From Octopus sinensis (Eukaryota): a stretch of DNA of 64,000 nucleotides. The stretch covers positions 18,166,001 through 18,230,000 of the forward strand of contig NC_043015.1 in NCBI RefSeq assembly GCF_006345805.1. Direction: 5' to 3'. Shown one piece after another: positions 12,767 through 23,923 of this stretch. The notes below the pieces were generated by a model. It was not told the DNA's origin. It saw only the letters and a list, made by a program, of their open reading frames with translations, and ran no database searches. The number at the start of each line of letters is the position of its first letter. The first letter of the stretch is position 1. The position numbers were made by a program, and so were the translations under genes.

Positions 12767-15700
12767 TTCTACAAACACGAAGCTCACACCAGGAAGATAA
12801 GATTAAAACAATTGATGCCGTTATAATGGCCAAAATACCAGAAAGGAACAATAACCAAAACAAAGAAAAACTACAACAATTATGGAAAGAGGATACCAAA
12901 TGAGAGGAGGAAAGATCCGGAATTATGTGGACCAAACAACAGGAGTGGTCTTTAAACTACGGGGAAAAATCAATTATGAAGACAAAAAAACTACCAAAAC
13001 AGATGAAAAGATACAACAAACCAATATCACGAACATATTGGACTCCCAGACATCCAAATAAGCCCTACCAAACACAAACCAAAATCCCGCTCCTTACACT
13101 GCCGAACCCCCCAATAAACAGATACACAAAATATGAAAGACAACCATCAACCCAAAACCACACAAAAACAAACACACAAACAGCAAGACAAGTATGATAC
13201 ATACAACCAACAACCTATAACACTTGGAGAGAGCAAATAGAATATGAACAACCACCAACACATAACACTGGACATCCTAAATGGACACACACATGGAACA
13301 ATAAACAAGTGGATAGAAATCAACACATAACCTACAACAAACATCGAGGAAATCAAAACCACACAAACACCAACCCCATGCGACCCCACAAATTTACAAG
13401 ATGGATAAAAACAACCCCCACTATCAATACAATACAAACACAAAACATGAACCATCCACCTACCCACAAAGAAACCTGAACCCCAGTAATAGATATTGGC
13501 TCAACAAACACAGGAGATGGGAAGAAGACAACTACCAAAGACAAAACAACACATACAGACCACACAGACCACCCCTACTACTACAAGAAAACCTAAGAAC
13601 TGAAAATGGAATTTGGAGACACAACAGCACAAACTCTTTTTTAGGGAAAGGATACTTCAACCATACTCCAGACCTAATACACCAAAAATTCCGAATGAAC
13701 ACACAAAACACATAGACCCCAAAATAATAAACCTATCTAAAAGAGAACTTAACGAAAATGAAATGAACTTACTACTAAAAGGCCTCAAATTTACACCTAC
13801 ACCCACTCCAAACCTCATAGAACTAAAAACTGATATAGACAACTTCAGCCGCCACCTCTGCCTTATGGAATTCTTTGAAAATAAAGAAACAGAAGATAAC
13901 TCAATCATAAGAAAAAAATCCCATTTCACCCCTTACAAGGGAAGTGACAAACACCTTGACGCATACATAGAGACAATATCCAAATTCCCTCTCAACACAC
14001 AAATGCAAACAGAATCTCCACAGAGGAGAAAAACAAGCCTTACAAAAACTAAAAAATGACAAGTCGATTATTATAAAAGAAGCTGACAAAGGTGGAACAA
14101 TAGTTATTATGGATACAGATTACTACAAAGAAAAGATACTGGAGTTGCTGAACAACCAGACATACTATAAAGAGGAACCAACACCACCGGAGAAAGCAAC
14201 AATAAAAAAATTAGAACATTAGTCAATGAATACCAGGACTCCTTTACAGATAAGGAGAAAGACTATCTATGCAACTCAAGAACCAAAGATAGCAACTTTT
14301 ATGGATTACCTAAAATTCATAAAAGCTCTGAAATACAGAGAGCCATAAAGGAACAGAGGAACCACTATATAAGAATACAAAGGTCTGCAGACCTCACAAT
14401 GAGACCAATAGTGGCAGGACCCTAGGCACCAGCACAACAACTAAGCCACTTCATAGATGTACTCCTCAAACATTTATGCCCACAGATACCAAGCTACATA
14501 AGGGATGACATAGACTTCCTCACACACATTCCAAATACAGTTCCGAAAAACACCATACTTGCAAGCTTCGATGTCACAAACCTATACATGAACATACCAC
14601 ACACCCTAGGTCTGGAAGCAATAAAACAATCGGTAGAAAAATACAGTGAACTCATAGACGAACGTTTCAAGATAGACTTTATCACCCAAGCCACCCAATT
14701 AATACTCGAAGAAAATACATTCTCATTCAACAAGACATACCGACAGATAAAGAGCACGGCTATGGGTACAAAATTCGCACCTTCATATGCCAACCTGGTG
14801 ATGGGTTTCCTGGAGAACAAACTATACGATGAAATAGGGAAAGTCTTCGAACACGACTTCAGAGAAGACATCAAGAAAAAGTGGAAACGCTACCTCGATG
14901 ACTGCTTCACCTTTTGGAACAGATCAGAAGACCAACGAACATTCCACGACATCCTCGACATGCTGCACCCATCTATCAACTTCACAATAGATACCATCCA
15001 CAACGAACTTCCCTTCCTAGACATCAACATCAAAATACACAACTCCATCATCACAACAGACATCCACTACAAAAAAACCGACACACACCAATATTTAAAT
15101 TTCCACTCCTGCCACCCATCCCATATAGTATGGCAAGATGCACATACAGCATAGTAACTGACTCACAAACACGACTAATAAGACTAGATGAACTTAAAAA
15201 CTTCCTACTAGAGCAAAATAACCCCCTTAAACTAATAGAAAATGAAACTAGACACCGCACAACTCAGGACACCCAAAACAAAAAACAAAGAAAACATTAT
15301 CCCTTTCATAAACACGCACAACCCTGGAGTTACCAACATGTTCCAAATCATACATTCAAACCTGCCAACAGTCTTACAAAGCCCCAAAATGGAAAACATA
15401 CTAAACAAATATTGCATAAAAAACAGTAGACAACAAACAAGACAAAAACCGAAAGAAACATCTAACAAGAGAGAAATTCTCATCAAAAACTAAAACTGAA
15501 TTCTTTGTAAAAGAGTGCAGAGATGGTAGATGTGGGATCTGCAGCAACCCCACCTACAAATACATAGAGGGAGACAAAGAAATGAAATTTAAAAGTGGGC
15601 ACATATTCAAAATAAATGTAGATATGAACTGCAAGAGGCAGAACGTAATATACTGCATAACCTGCCCCACGTGCAAGGAGGATTACATAGGTGAAACTGG

Positions 15701-16959
15701 AAATTCTTTGTGCCAACGAGCCAGAATTCACCGACAACATGTCCGACAGGAAGAACTGCGCAAGATACCACTGAGTAAACACCTAGATACATGTGGAGAA
15801 GGAAAATTTAAGATCTTTCCCTTCTACAAATGTCCAAAGAACGATACCTCCTTCAGGAGGAATATGGAAAAATATTTCATAACTAAGTTCTCCCCCAAAT
15901 TGAATGGCTGAAAATATCTCTATAAGCTGTACCAGATGAAGGACCAAATTTGTTAAGTAAACTGTATTAAACACACACACACAGTTCTACACATATGTTT
16001 TGATTTTTGAAAATACAATATTGAACAAAGGATATTCTAATATTTGAATGAAACCATTTCACTTTAATTTGTGGAACCAGTTGCTCCTGTATGATAAAAC
16101 TTAATATTTATTTAGCTGTCAATCAGTGAGATATTAGACTAAATCAATTGAAGATCAGACAACAGACTCAGTAGTCGTCAGTTTGTATTCTGTCATCTGT
16201 AACTTCAACACAAGAAAGTCTCTTTTTCAAGTATGGACCTTATGAAATTTTGCTCATCATACATTGAAGGACAAATCTTTCAATTTGCAATTTAACATAG
16301 TATAGCATTTAGTATATATATATATATATATATATATAGTGGTATACATATCAACACAATTATTTCTTCTTCTTCTCCTTTCTTCCCTTCTCCAACCTCA
16401 CAGACACCCACACACATACACACCTACACAAAACAATAATAAAAAGAATTCTTCTTCTCTAAAACCCCAAAACCATTTGACCATCCCTCATTAAACACAC
16501 ACACATAAACACTCTCTCACAATGATAAAAAGGAAATATAATTTATGGTCTACCTTCTTATGTCCCTGCCTGCCACTACACACTCAATAACACTATGAAA
16601 TGGTCAAAAAATCTTTTTTCCCCAAGATCTTGGACCCCACTTGGAGTAAACATCCTGTCCAGCAGAACAAAAATTTTTTTCTTTAACACTCTTTCCAAAT
16701 ACAAAAACACACACACATACTCTCTCTCTCTCACTTTCTCCTCATCCATCACCCTCTTGTACTGTCTTATATTCCTCCCCACCACTACAAACTCAATAAC
16801 ACTATAAAATGGTCAAAACTTTTTACACAGGAACTTAGTTCGATTTGAAAACCCCACTAGAATGGGAGAAAGTGCTAATATATGATGTATAAAAATATGT
16901 AATATACAAATAAATATCTGTAAATATAAAACCATCCGAATTTTTGAGTACCTCATTTC

Positions 16960-16965
<6 letters not shown>
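12767..16965 (+). mobile_element. Penelope-like element (Neptune-like), copy 1, 5'-truncated and frameshifted
   Basis: RT motifs YGLPKIHK, RPIV, FDVTNLY, AMGTKFAPSYANL, RYLDDCF and LPFLDI. The linker has C-x4-C-x2-C (ECRDGRCGIC). A C-terminal GIY-YIG domain reads NVIYCITCPTC..YIGETG. The 3' UTR/pLTR-like segment (16560-16965) is shared with copy 2. Both ends abut (TA)n. Confidence 0.92.
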
Positions 16966-16999
<34 letters not shown>

Positions 17000-17582
17000 C
17001 ATATATATAGCAATAAGAAAATGGAGGGGATCAAGCAGTGGTATTCAACTTTTAGACATTATGTCTATTTATTTATTTTTTAAAAAAACAATTATAACAA
17101 TATACATACATGTATAACATATGATGCTTTACATATATAATATACAAAATATAAAAATGCCAGTAATTATTAAAATATATAACATAGAATATAGAAAGTA
17201 GAATAGTTTCTTACAGCTGTTTCAGCCAAGAGGTCATAACACCCTACTTTACTTCCATCCCTTCAATGAACTGAAGTATTTGGTAGATAAGATTAAGGTA
17301 CTTGGGTGTGCCTCTGAGCTTTGTCAGCAAGTTTAGAAAGTTTCATAAGGCTAAGTTATAAATACATACATATACATAAATAGACATAAATACATATCTA
17401 TACATTTATATGTATATGTATATGCATAGGAAGGAATCAATTATTATTATTAGGTGTATTATATTATTCTTATTAGATAAAATATAAACAGAAGAAAGAG
17501 AAAATTATCAAAAGAGAAATAATAGTGGAATTTAAATAATCAATCTATCTTAGGATTATTGTAATGAAAAGGTATATGAGGA

Positions 17583-17628
<46 letters not shown>

Positions 17629-17639
17629 GTACTGGGAGA

Positions 17640-17880
17640 ATAAAAAAAGGAACGAAGCGAACGAATGCCTTCGAAACACACTGGAGCCGAACTAGTGACA
17701 GCTGATGATAGGGGATTTTTCCTTGTGTAGTATGTCCTGTACTCTGCTTTTTCTGTTGCAAAAAAATGGTTTTTCCGTTTTCGTTTCTCGTTGTGGTGTC
17801 CTGTACTCACGTGTATATATATTTATATATGCATGTATATATACATGTAGATGTAGGTACGTACATATATGTTTGTATGT
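17640..17880. repeat. Dispersed repeat, diverged relative of the arms of the 28.35-28.78 kb fold-back
   Basis: Shares CAGCTGANGA..GGGGA..TTCCTTGTGT..GTTTCTCGTTGTG..GTGTCCTGTAC with 28600-28770. Confidence 0.6.
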
Positions 17881-18266
17881 ATGCATATATTTTATTTATT
17901 ACACTATATATATATATACACATACACACATATATATTTTCGTACAAACATACCTATAGGTACATACATATTTCATGCATTGAGAAGGGAGGATTACTAT
18001 TATAGTAGTTTGTATTTTCCCTTTTTATATAATTATAATAATTATACACACATATACACATACGATATGTTTTCTATTAAGGGTTTGGGATAAAGGTCCA
18101 CAATAAGTGATATTAGTTGGTACTAAAAGTAATAAATTTCCGGATGTTAATCAAGATACTTTATTATTTTCTGTTACTAAAAATAAAAAGGAAAAATACG
18201 AACTACTACAGTAATCCTCCCTTCTCAACGCATGAAATATGTATGTACCTATGGGTATATTTGTAC

Positions 18267-18306
<40 letters not shown>

Positions 18307-18341
18307 CTCATTTATATACCTTTCCATCGCAGCTCATTTAT

Positions 18342-18616
18342 TAATGTGCAAGTGGCTGAGCACTCCACAGACACATGTACCCTTAACATAGTTCTCGGGG
18401 AGATTCAGTGTGACACAGAGTGTGGCAAAGCTGGCCCTTTGAAATACAGGTACAACAGAAACAGGAAGAAAGTTGTAGGAAAGAGTACAGCACTGTTGGA
18501 GCCTCGTGGAACTTTAGATGCTTTCGCTGAACAAACACAATGCCCAGTCTGGGAATTGAAACTGCGATCCTACGACTGCAAGTCCACTGCCCTAACCACT
18601 GGGCCATTGCACCTCC
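18342..18616 (-). mobile_element. tRNA-derived SINE
   Basis: The minus strand begins GGAGGTGCAATGGCCCAGTGGTTAGGGCAG (A box) followed by GTTTCAATTCCC (B box). It resembles octopus tRNA-derived SINEs (recognition from memory). Confidence 0.8.
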
Positions 18617-18838
18617 ACAAATAGACATAATATGTCTAAAAGTTTTCTTATTGCCATATAAATTAAGGGTAAAACAACTTCTTACCTTCACCCATTCAGT
18701 AGTGTAATTGCCATGCAATGTAAAAACACTTGTGTATTAATAATTGGGTATCCTACCAGCAGTATATTGGATAGAAATAATCCCTTAGTTGGTTGGATTC
18801 ACAACCTCTCTCTTGGAATTATATATATATATAAATTT

Positions 18839-18964
18839 TTTTCCGTAATGAGATAACAAACCAAGGCTGTGTAGATTTTATAACATTTATAAGGGGAGAG
18901 GGGATTTTAGAAATATTTATGTTCTAAAATCTACAACCTTGGTTTGTTATCTCATTACGGAAAA
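18839..18964. repeat. Short inverted-repeat (MITE-like/fold-back) unit
   Basis: Arms of about 41 bp (TTTTCCGTAATGAGATAACAAACCAAGG..GTAGATTTTA and its reverse complement) surround a spacer of about 45 bp. Confidence 0.7.
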
Positions 18965-19190
18965 CAAATTTTTTATATACACACTGATATATGACTTAAG
19001 TTGGACTCCATATTCGCATAATCATCGAGCCTGGAACTTAACTATGGTTTTTCCGTAGCACTTATTCAGCATTACCGGACACCTTTGGATCTCACTGACA
19101 TCATTACCTCTCATAACCCATATATATATATATATATTGATATTAACACCTGCACAATTTTCACTAGGCGAAAAAAATTACGGAAAACTA

Positions 19191-19239
<49 letters not shown>

Positions 19240-20049
19240 GCAGGTGTTAATATCAAAATTTACCAAAATTAACACTGGAACATTTGTTGTGGTAGTCAAA
19301 GAATAATGTTGAAACTTTGACCTACAGTAACTAGTGATTATTGACCCTTCCGTGATGTATTCGTTATAAGTTCCTCCATGCTCTATATTCTCAATTAAAA
19401 CATTATTTCGACAGAGTAAAGTATGTTGTATACAGTAAAGTTGTGATGCAGCAATGAGTATAGTTTGAATAACTGAGATGAGCCACCACTGTAACTGATA
19501 TGTAACTGATCTAGTATCCTAATCAAGGTCATCAAAGTTACTTTTCCGTCGTTGTATCCTCCTTACAAGGACATAAGCGTGAAATACTCAGGGTACAAGC
19601 GAAACAAACAGGATAATATTCGTGAATTTATCTCCGTATATTGAATAATGGGCTCGGTTTGAAATTCCGAGAGCGTTACCAAATAGGAAATTCGAAGGAC
19701 GGAGAGAACAACAGCCGCAACGTTGTGACTATAAGATGATAACATTAGCCTGAAAACATCAGTATATTAAAAACATTGGGTTGAATAAGAAATAAAATAT
19801 GGAAACTAAATTTTTATCTTGAAAAAGAGATTATCCAAATCTTAATTGTTGGGAAATGTACTCACGAGAAAACACTTAAAATTGACAAATTCTATTCTTT
19901 AATGCCGAGAAAAAAAAGAGCATGATACAAGGGAGGTAATTGAATACCGGTGAAAATATTTTCCTATCGCGTTGGAAAATAAATCCGTCTTTGTTTTTGT
20001 CTTTTTTTTATATATCTTTCCGTTCCTTTTTAAGTGCCATGTCCAGAAT

Positions 20050-20420
20050 GCAGGACATAGGCGATCCCTATCCCGCCACAATTCTCTCTTTTTTCTTTTC
20101 TGTAACAGTTCCACTTTCTTGTGTTTAATGCCTCTTTCTTCTAACCAGTTCATCAAGCTTGACATCCTTATGCGTTTTTTCCCTTCAATCTTTCCGGTCC
20201 CGGCCATTCCTAAATTCTCTAGACCTTCTTTCCTGATCACATGACCAAGAAATCTGTTGTTCGACCAATATCTCACGAAGCAGCCTGGATCATCATTATT
20301 CATTAGATACTTTGTCCATGCTATCCTTAATATTCTCCTTAAGAACCACAGTTCACACCTCTCTAATTACCTTCTCATTTCTGATTTTATATAGACCATA
20401 CCTCACTTCCATTCATTAAC
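20050..20420 (-). mobile_element. RTE LINE C-terminal fragment
   Basis: FLGHVIRKEGLENL..GKIEGK in ORF 19899-20303 is typical of the RTE ORF2 C-terminus. Confidence 0.55.
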
Positions 20421-20537
20421 ACAGGGTAGAAATAGCAGTTCAAAATACAGATCCTGGTCTTGATACTCAGAGAGCAGGTTCTCAAGATATCATAACTGGT
20501 GGCCATTGTTGACCAAGATACTGGTGGGGTATCTTGT

Positions 20538-22170
20538 CATCATCATCATCGTCATTGTTTAACGTCCACTTTCCAATGCTAGCATGGGTTGGACGATTTG
20601 ACTGAGGACTGGCAAACCAGATGGCTACACCAGGCTCCAATCTGATCTGGCAGAGTTTCTACAGCTGGATACCCTTCCTAATGCCAACCACTCCAAGAGT
20701 GTAGTGAGTGCTTTTACGTGCCACCAGCACGAGGGCCAGTCAGGTGGTACTGGCAACAAAGGCGGCAAGCTGGCAGAAACGTTAGCACGCCGGGCAAAAT
20801 GCGTAGCCGTATTTCATCTGTCGTTACGTTGTGAGTTCAAATTCCGCCGAGGTCGACTTTGCCTTTCATCCTTACGGGGTCGATAAATTAAGTACCAGTT
20901 ACACACTGGGCTCGATGTAATCGACTTAATACCTATGTTTGTCCTTGTTTGTCCCCTCTGTGTTTAGCCCCTTGTGGGTAATAAAGAAATAGGTACTGGC
21001 AACAGGAGATAGCCCAGCGGCACTGGCAATGACCTCGCTTGAATGTTTTTCACATGCCACTGGTACAAGTGCCAGTAAGGTGACACTGGTAATGATCACG
21101 TTTGAATGGTGCTTTTTACGTTCCACTGCCAGTCAGCTGCTCTGGCAGCGATCATGCTCAGATGGTGCTCTTAGTGCACCACTGGCACGAATGCCAGTCA
21201 CCAAATTTGCGAATTTGGTTTGATTTCGATTTCACTTGCCTCAACAGGTCTTCACAAGCAGACCAATGAAGAAAAGGTTTGCATAATTGGGCTGGTTACA
21301 CCCCTGACATAGGCCACAGGTTATGGTCTCATTTGGCTTGCCGGGTCTTCTCAAGCACTGCATATTTCCAAAGGTCTCGGTTACTAGCCATTGCCTCGGT
21401 GAGGTCTAATGTTCGAAGGTCATGCTTCACCACTTCATCCCAGGTCTTCCTGGGATGAAGTGGTGAAGCACTAGGGTGTGGCACTTTTTCACACAGCTAT
21501 CCTCATCCATTCTCACCACATGACCATACCAGCACAGTCGTCTCTCTTGCACATGATATCTGATGCTTCTTAGGTCCAACTTTTCTCTCAAGGTACTTAC
21601 ACTCTCGAGTAGGCACACTGACATTACACATCCATCGGAGCATACTGACTTCATTCTTTGCAAGCTTACGCATGTCCTCAGCAGTCATGGCTCATGTTTC
21701 ACTGCCATGTAGCATGGTTGTTCGTACACATGCATCATACAGTCTACCTTTTACTCTGAGCGAGAGCCCCTTTGTCACTAGCAGAGGTAAGAGCTCTCTG
21801 AACTTTGCCCAGGCTATTCTTATTCTAGCAGCTACACTTTCAGCACACCCTCCCCTGCTACTGACTTGGTCACCTAGATAATGGAAGCTATCAACTACTT
21901 CTAGTTTTTCTCCCTGGAAGGTGGCGGAAGTTGTTCTCTGCATATTTTCAGTGTTTATCGCTCCTGAGCATTTGCCACATACAAAAACTATCTTCCCAGT
22001 TAGCCTTCCTTTGATATTGCTGCACCTCTTATGTGTCCATAGCTAATACTGGGTACATCTTATAGAGTTTCTACCTATGCCTTTTCTACAGATTGAGCAG
22101 GACCATCTACCTGAAGGAATTTGTGGTTTGTCTGCCTTCCTACTTATTAAGACTTTGGTTTTAGCTAGGT
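20538..22170 (-). mobile_element. RTE LINE 3' portion with (GAT)n tail
   Basis: Contains EVVDSFHYLGDQVS, RIRIAWAKFRELLPLL, KGRLYDACVRTTMLHGSET and RLCWYGHVVRM. The 3' UTR ends in (CAT)n on the plus strand at 20538-20550. Confidence 0.88.
20759..20991 (+). mobile_element. tRNA-derived SINE nested in the RTE 3' UTR, with 13-bp TSD
   Basis: Flanked by a direct repeat GGTACTGGCAACA at 20746-20758 and 20992-21004. It has a GAGTTCAAATTCC B box and a central GCCTTTCATCC..GGGGTCGATAAATTAAGTACC block. Confidence 0.8.
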
Positions 22171-22260
22171 TATATGCATATGGACGTGTATATATATGTA
22201 CAGACAAGTTTGTATATTTTTTTATATTTTATATATATATATATGTTGATATATGTGGTC

Positions 22261-22319
<59 letters not shown>

Positions 22320-22524
22320 GGAAGTATGTGTATGCATATATGTGTGGTTCTATATGTGGGTATGCATGTGTATGTGTATATATGTGTGCGTACATATATA
22401 TGTTCGTATGTGTGTGTGTGTGTATGTGTGTGTACATGTATGTATGTATGTGTGTGCTTGTATATGCATGTGTATGGCTGTGTGTGTGTGTATATATGTG
22501 TGTGTGGTGTTTTGTTTTGTTGCC

Positions 22525-22790
22525 CTTAGTGTGTTTGTGTCCAATTTCTTGGCACGTTTAATTCCATGGTCTATAAGTGCGGGTGGGTATTGACATTCAA
22601 TGAATGCTATTTTGAGATCTTGTAGGTGAAGTTCCTGAGCGGTTGTGTCAGATACACTTGTATAGATTCTTTTTGCTAGATTGAATGGGATATTTATTCT
22701 GGTGTGTTTAGGATGGCATGAACTGAAAAGGAGATACTGTTTTGAGTCTGTTGGTTTGTAGTAGATGTCAGTTGCAATTTGGTTGTTGGA
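22525..22790 (-). mobile_element. Penelope-like element RT C-terminal fragment (second Neptune-like family)
   Basis: Hand translation gives ATDIYYKPTDSKQYLLFSSCHPKHTRINIPFNLAKRIYTSVSD..YPPALIDHGIKRAKKL, homologous to DIHYKKTDTHQYLNFHSCHP of copy 1. Confidence 0.8.
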
Positions 22791-22794
22791 TTTT

Positions 22795-22867
22795 TTTGAC
22801 TAGCTGTTTTACTGGTCAAGGAATAATATTGAATATTATTCCTTGACCAGTAAAACAGCTAGTCAAA
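22795..22867. repeat. Perfect 73-bp palindrome (36-bp arms, 1-nt spacer)
   Basis: TTTGACTAGCTGTTTTACTGGTCAAGGAATAATATT-G-AATATTATTCCTTGACCAGTAAAACAGCTAGTCAAA. Confidence 0.95.
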
Positions 22868-23285
22868 TAGCTACAGTCTCTTGAAAATAGCAGTAATGTG
22901 ATTAATGTGGCAAATACCTAATCATGTAGCAAGAATTGATACCTACCTCATTGTGTTCAACCATTGATAAATTTATCGTCTGTGAATATGAAATTCCTCT
23001 TCATTTCTCTGGAAATTTACATCTACACCATTGGAAATTGTGCACCTATACAAAGGATTAATTCACCCTCTCTGTAATGCTAATAAGCAGGAATTGATAC
23101 CCACCTCGTTGTGATTAGCCATGGATAAATTTGTCGTTTGTGAGTATGTAATCCCTCCTCATATCTCTGGAAATTCATATGTACACTATGGATTAAGTCA
23201 CCTTCTCTGTTTATGTTACTTAATTATCTACATTACTTCATGAGTATAGCCTCAACCACTAAGATGTCTAGAGAACTCACATGTA

Positions 23286-23375
23286 TTTTAGCTGATGAGT
23301 ACGGGACACGTTTATATGCTGCAATTTTGCAACTTTTAATAAAGCCTGTCTTTGTATGAAACGATTGTACTAAAA
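23286..23375 (+). ncRNA. Type I hammerhead ribozyme motif (canonical core, GUA triplet)
   Basis: Stem I TTTTAG/CTAAAA (6 bp). CTGATGA at 23292-98. Stem II GTAC/GTAT. GAAAC at 23358-62. Helix III is AC-GATT-GT with H17=A. Confidence 0.72.
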
Positions 23376-23556
23376 ACTTATCCATTCTTGTTGCTTCTTT
23401 CTCGCGTATATATATGTATATATATAAATATATATATATATGTATATATATAAATATATACATATATATATAATATATATATATATATATAATATATATA
23501 AATATATAAATATATATATATATATATATATCATCATCATCATCATATATATATAA

Positions 23557-23625
23557 AATGGCGGTGCCCCAGCATGGCCACAGCTCATTAGCTGAAACTG
23601 GAAAAATCAAAAAAATAAAAATCAT
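23557..23625 (+). mobile_element. Extremely 5'-truncated 3' tail of the CR1-like LINE family found at 52.7-57.2 kb
   Basis: AAATGGCGGTGCCCCAGCATGGCCACAGCTCATTAGCTGAAACTGGAA is near-identical to 57141-57187. Confidence 0.8.
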
Positions 23626-23643
23626 ATATATATATATATATAT

Positions 23644-23923
23644 TGTGGTGTGAACGATGAAAGAGAACAACAGAAAAAAGGAGAATGGAAATATAATTAG
23701 GCCTTACCTCGGCGAAGATTAGTCTACCGAAAACTCAGCGAAGTTCAGATCTCTCTCAGCTAGCTCGATACGTCTTGTGCCTTCGTCGTCCCAGCTGCAA
23801 CTCTCGTTTCGTCGATCCCACACGTGCGTCATCCCTCACCGCTTCCGCCTCCTGCCGCACATGCACCCTGCCAGCCCTACTTCCGCCCTCCCCTCATCTG
23901 TCGTCCTCTCCACCGACACCACA
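23644..23923 (-). repeat. 3' LTR (280 bp)
   Basis: Bounded by 8-bp inverted termini TGTGGTGT (23644-51) and ACACCACA (23916-23), and immediately follows the polypurine tract. Confidence 0.8.

Noticed and set aside
12767-16000. In-frame TGA codons in PLE ORFs as possible selenocysteine recoding (as in Naiad-type PLEs)
   Set aside because: These elements have a C-terminal endonuclease, the disruptions are mixed stops and frameshifts that differ between copies, and no SECIS was recognised.
17195-17285. Minus-strand GAAAC-AGCT-GTA with a palindromic helix III
   Set aside because: The upstream core reads TTGAAGG and stems I and II do not pair. It is probably a decayed hammerhead, too degenerate to call.
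17655-17730. GAAAC followed about 24 nt later by CTGATGA (also CTGAAGA at 28.5-28.6 kb), suggesting a permuted hammerhead
   Set aside because: I could not build helices I and III between the boxes, and the hairpin after CTGANGA is not followed by GAAA. At most it is a remnant.
19330-19800. Slightly CpG-richer unique-looking stretch as a candidate GNB1L promoter or first exon
   Set aside because: There is no splice donor or promoter motif I can support, it is more than 10 kb from the coding exon, and it needs transcript data.
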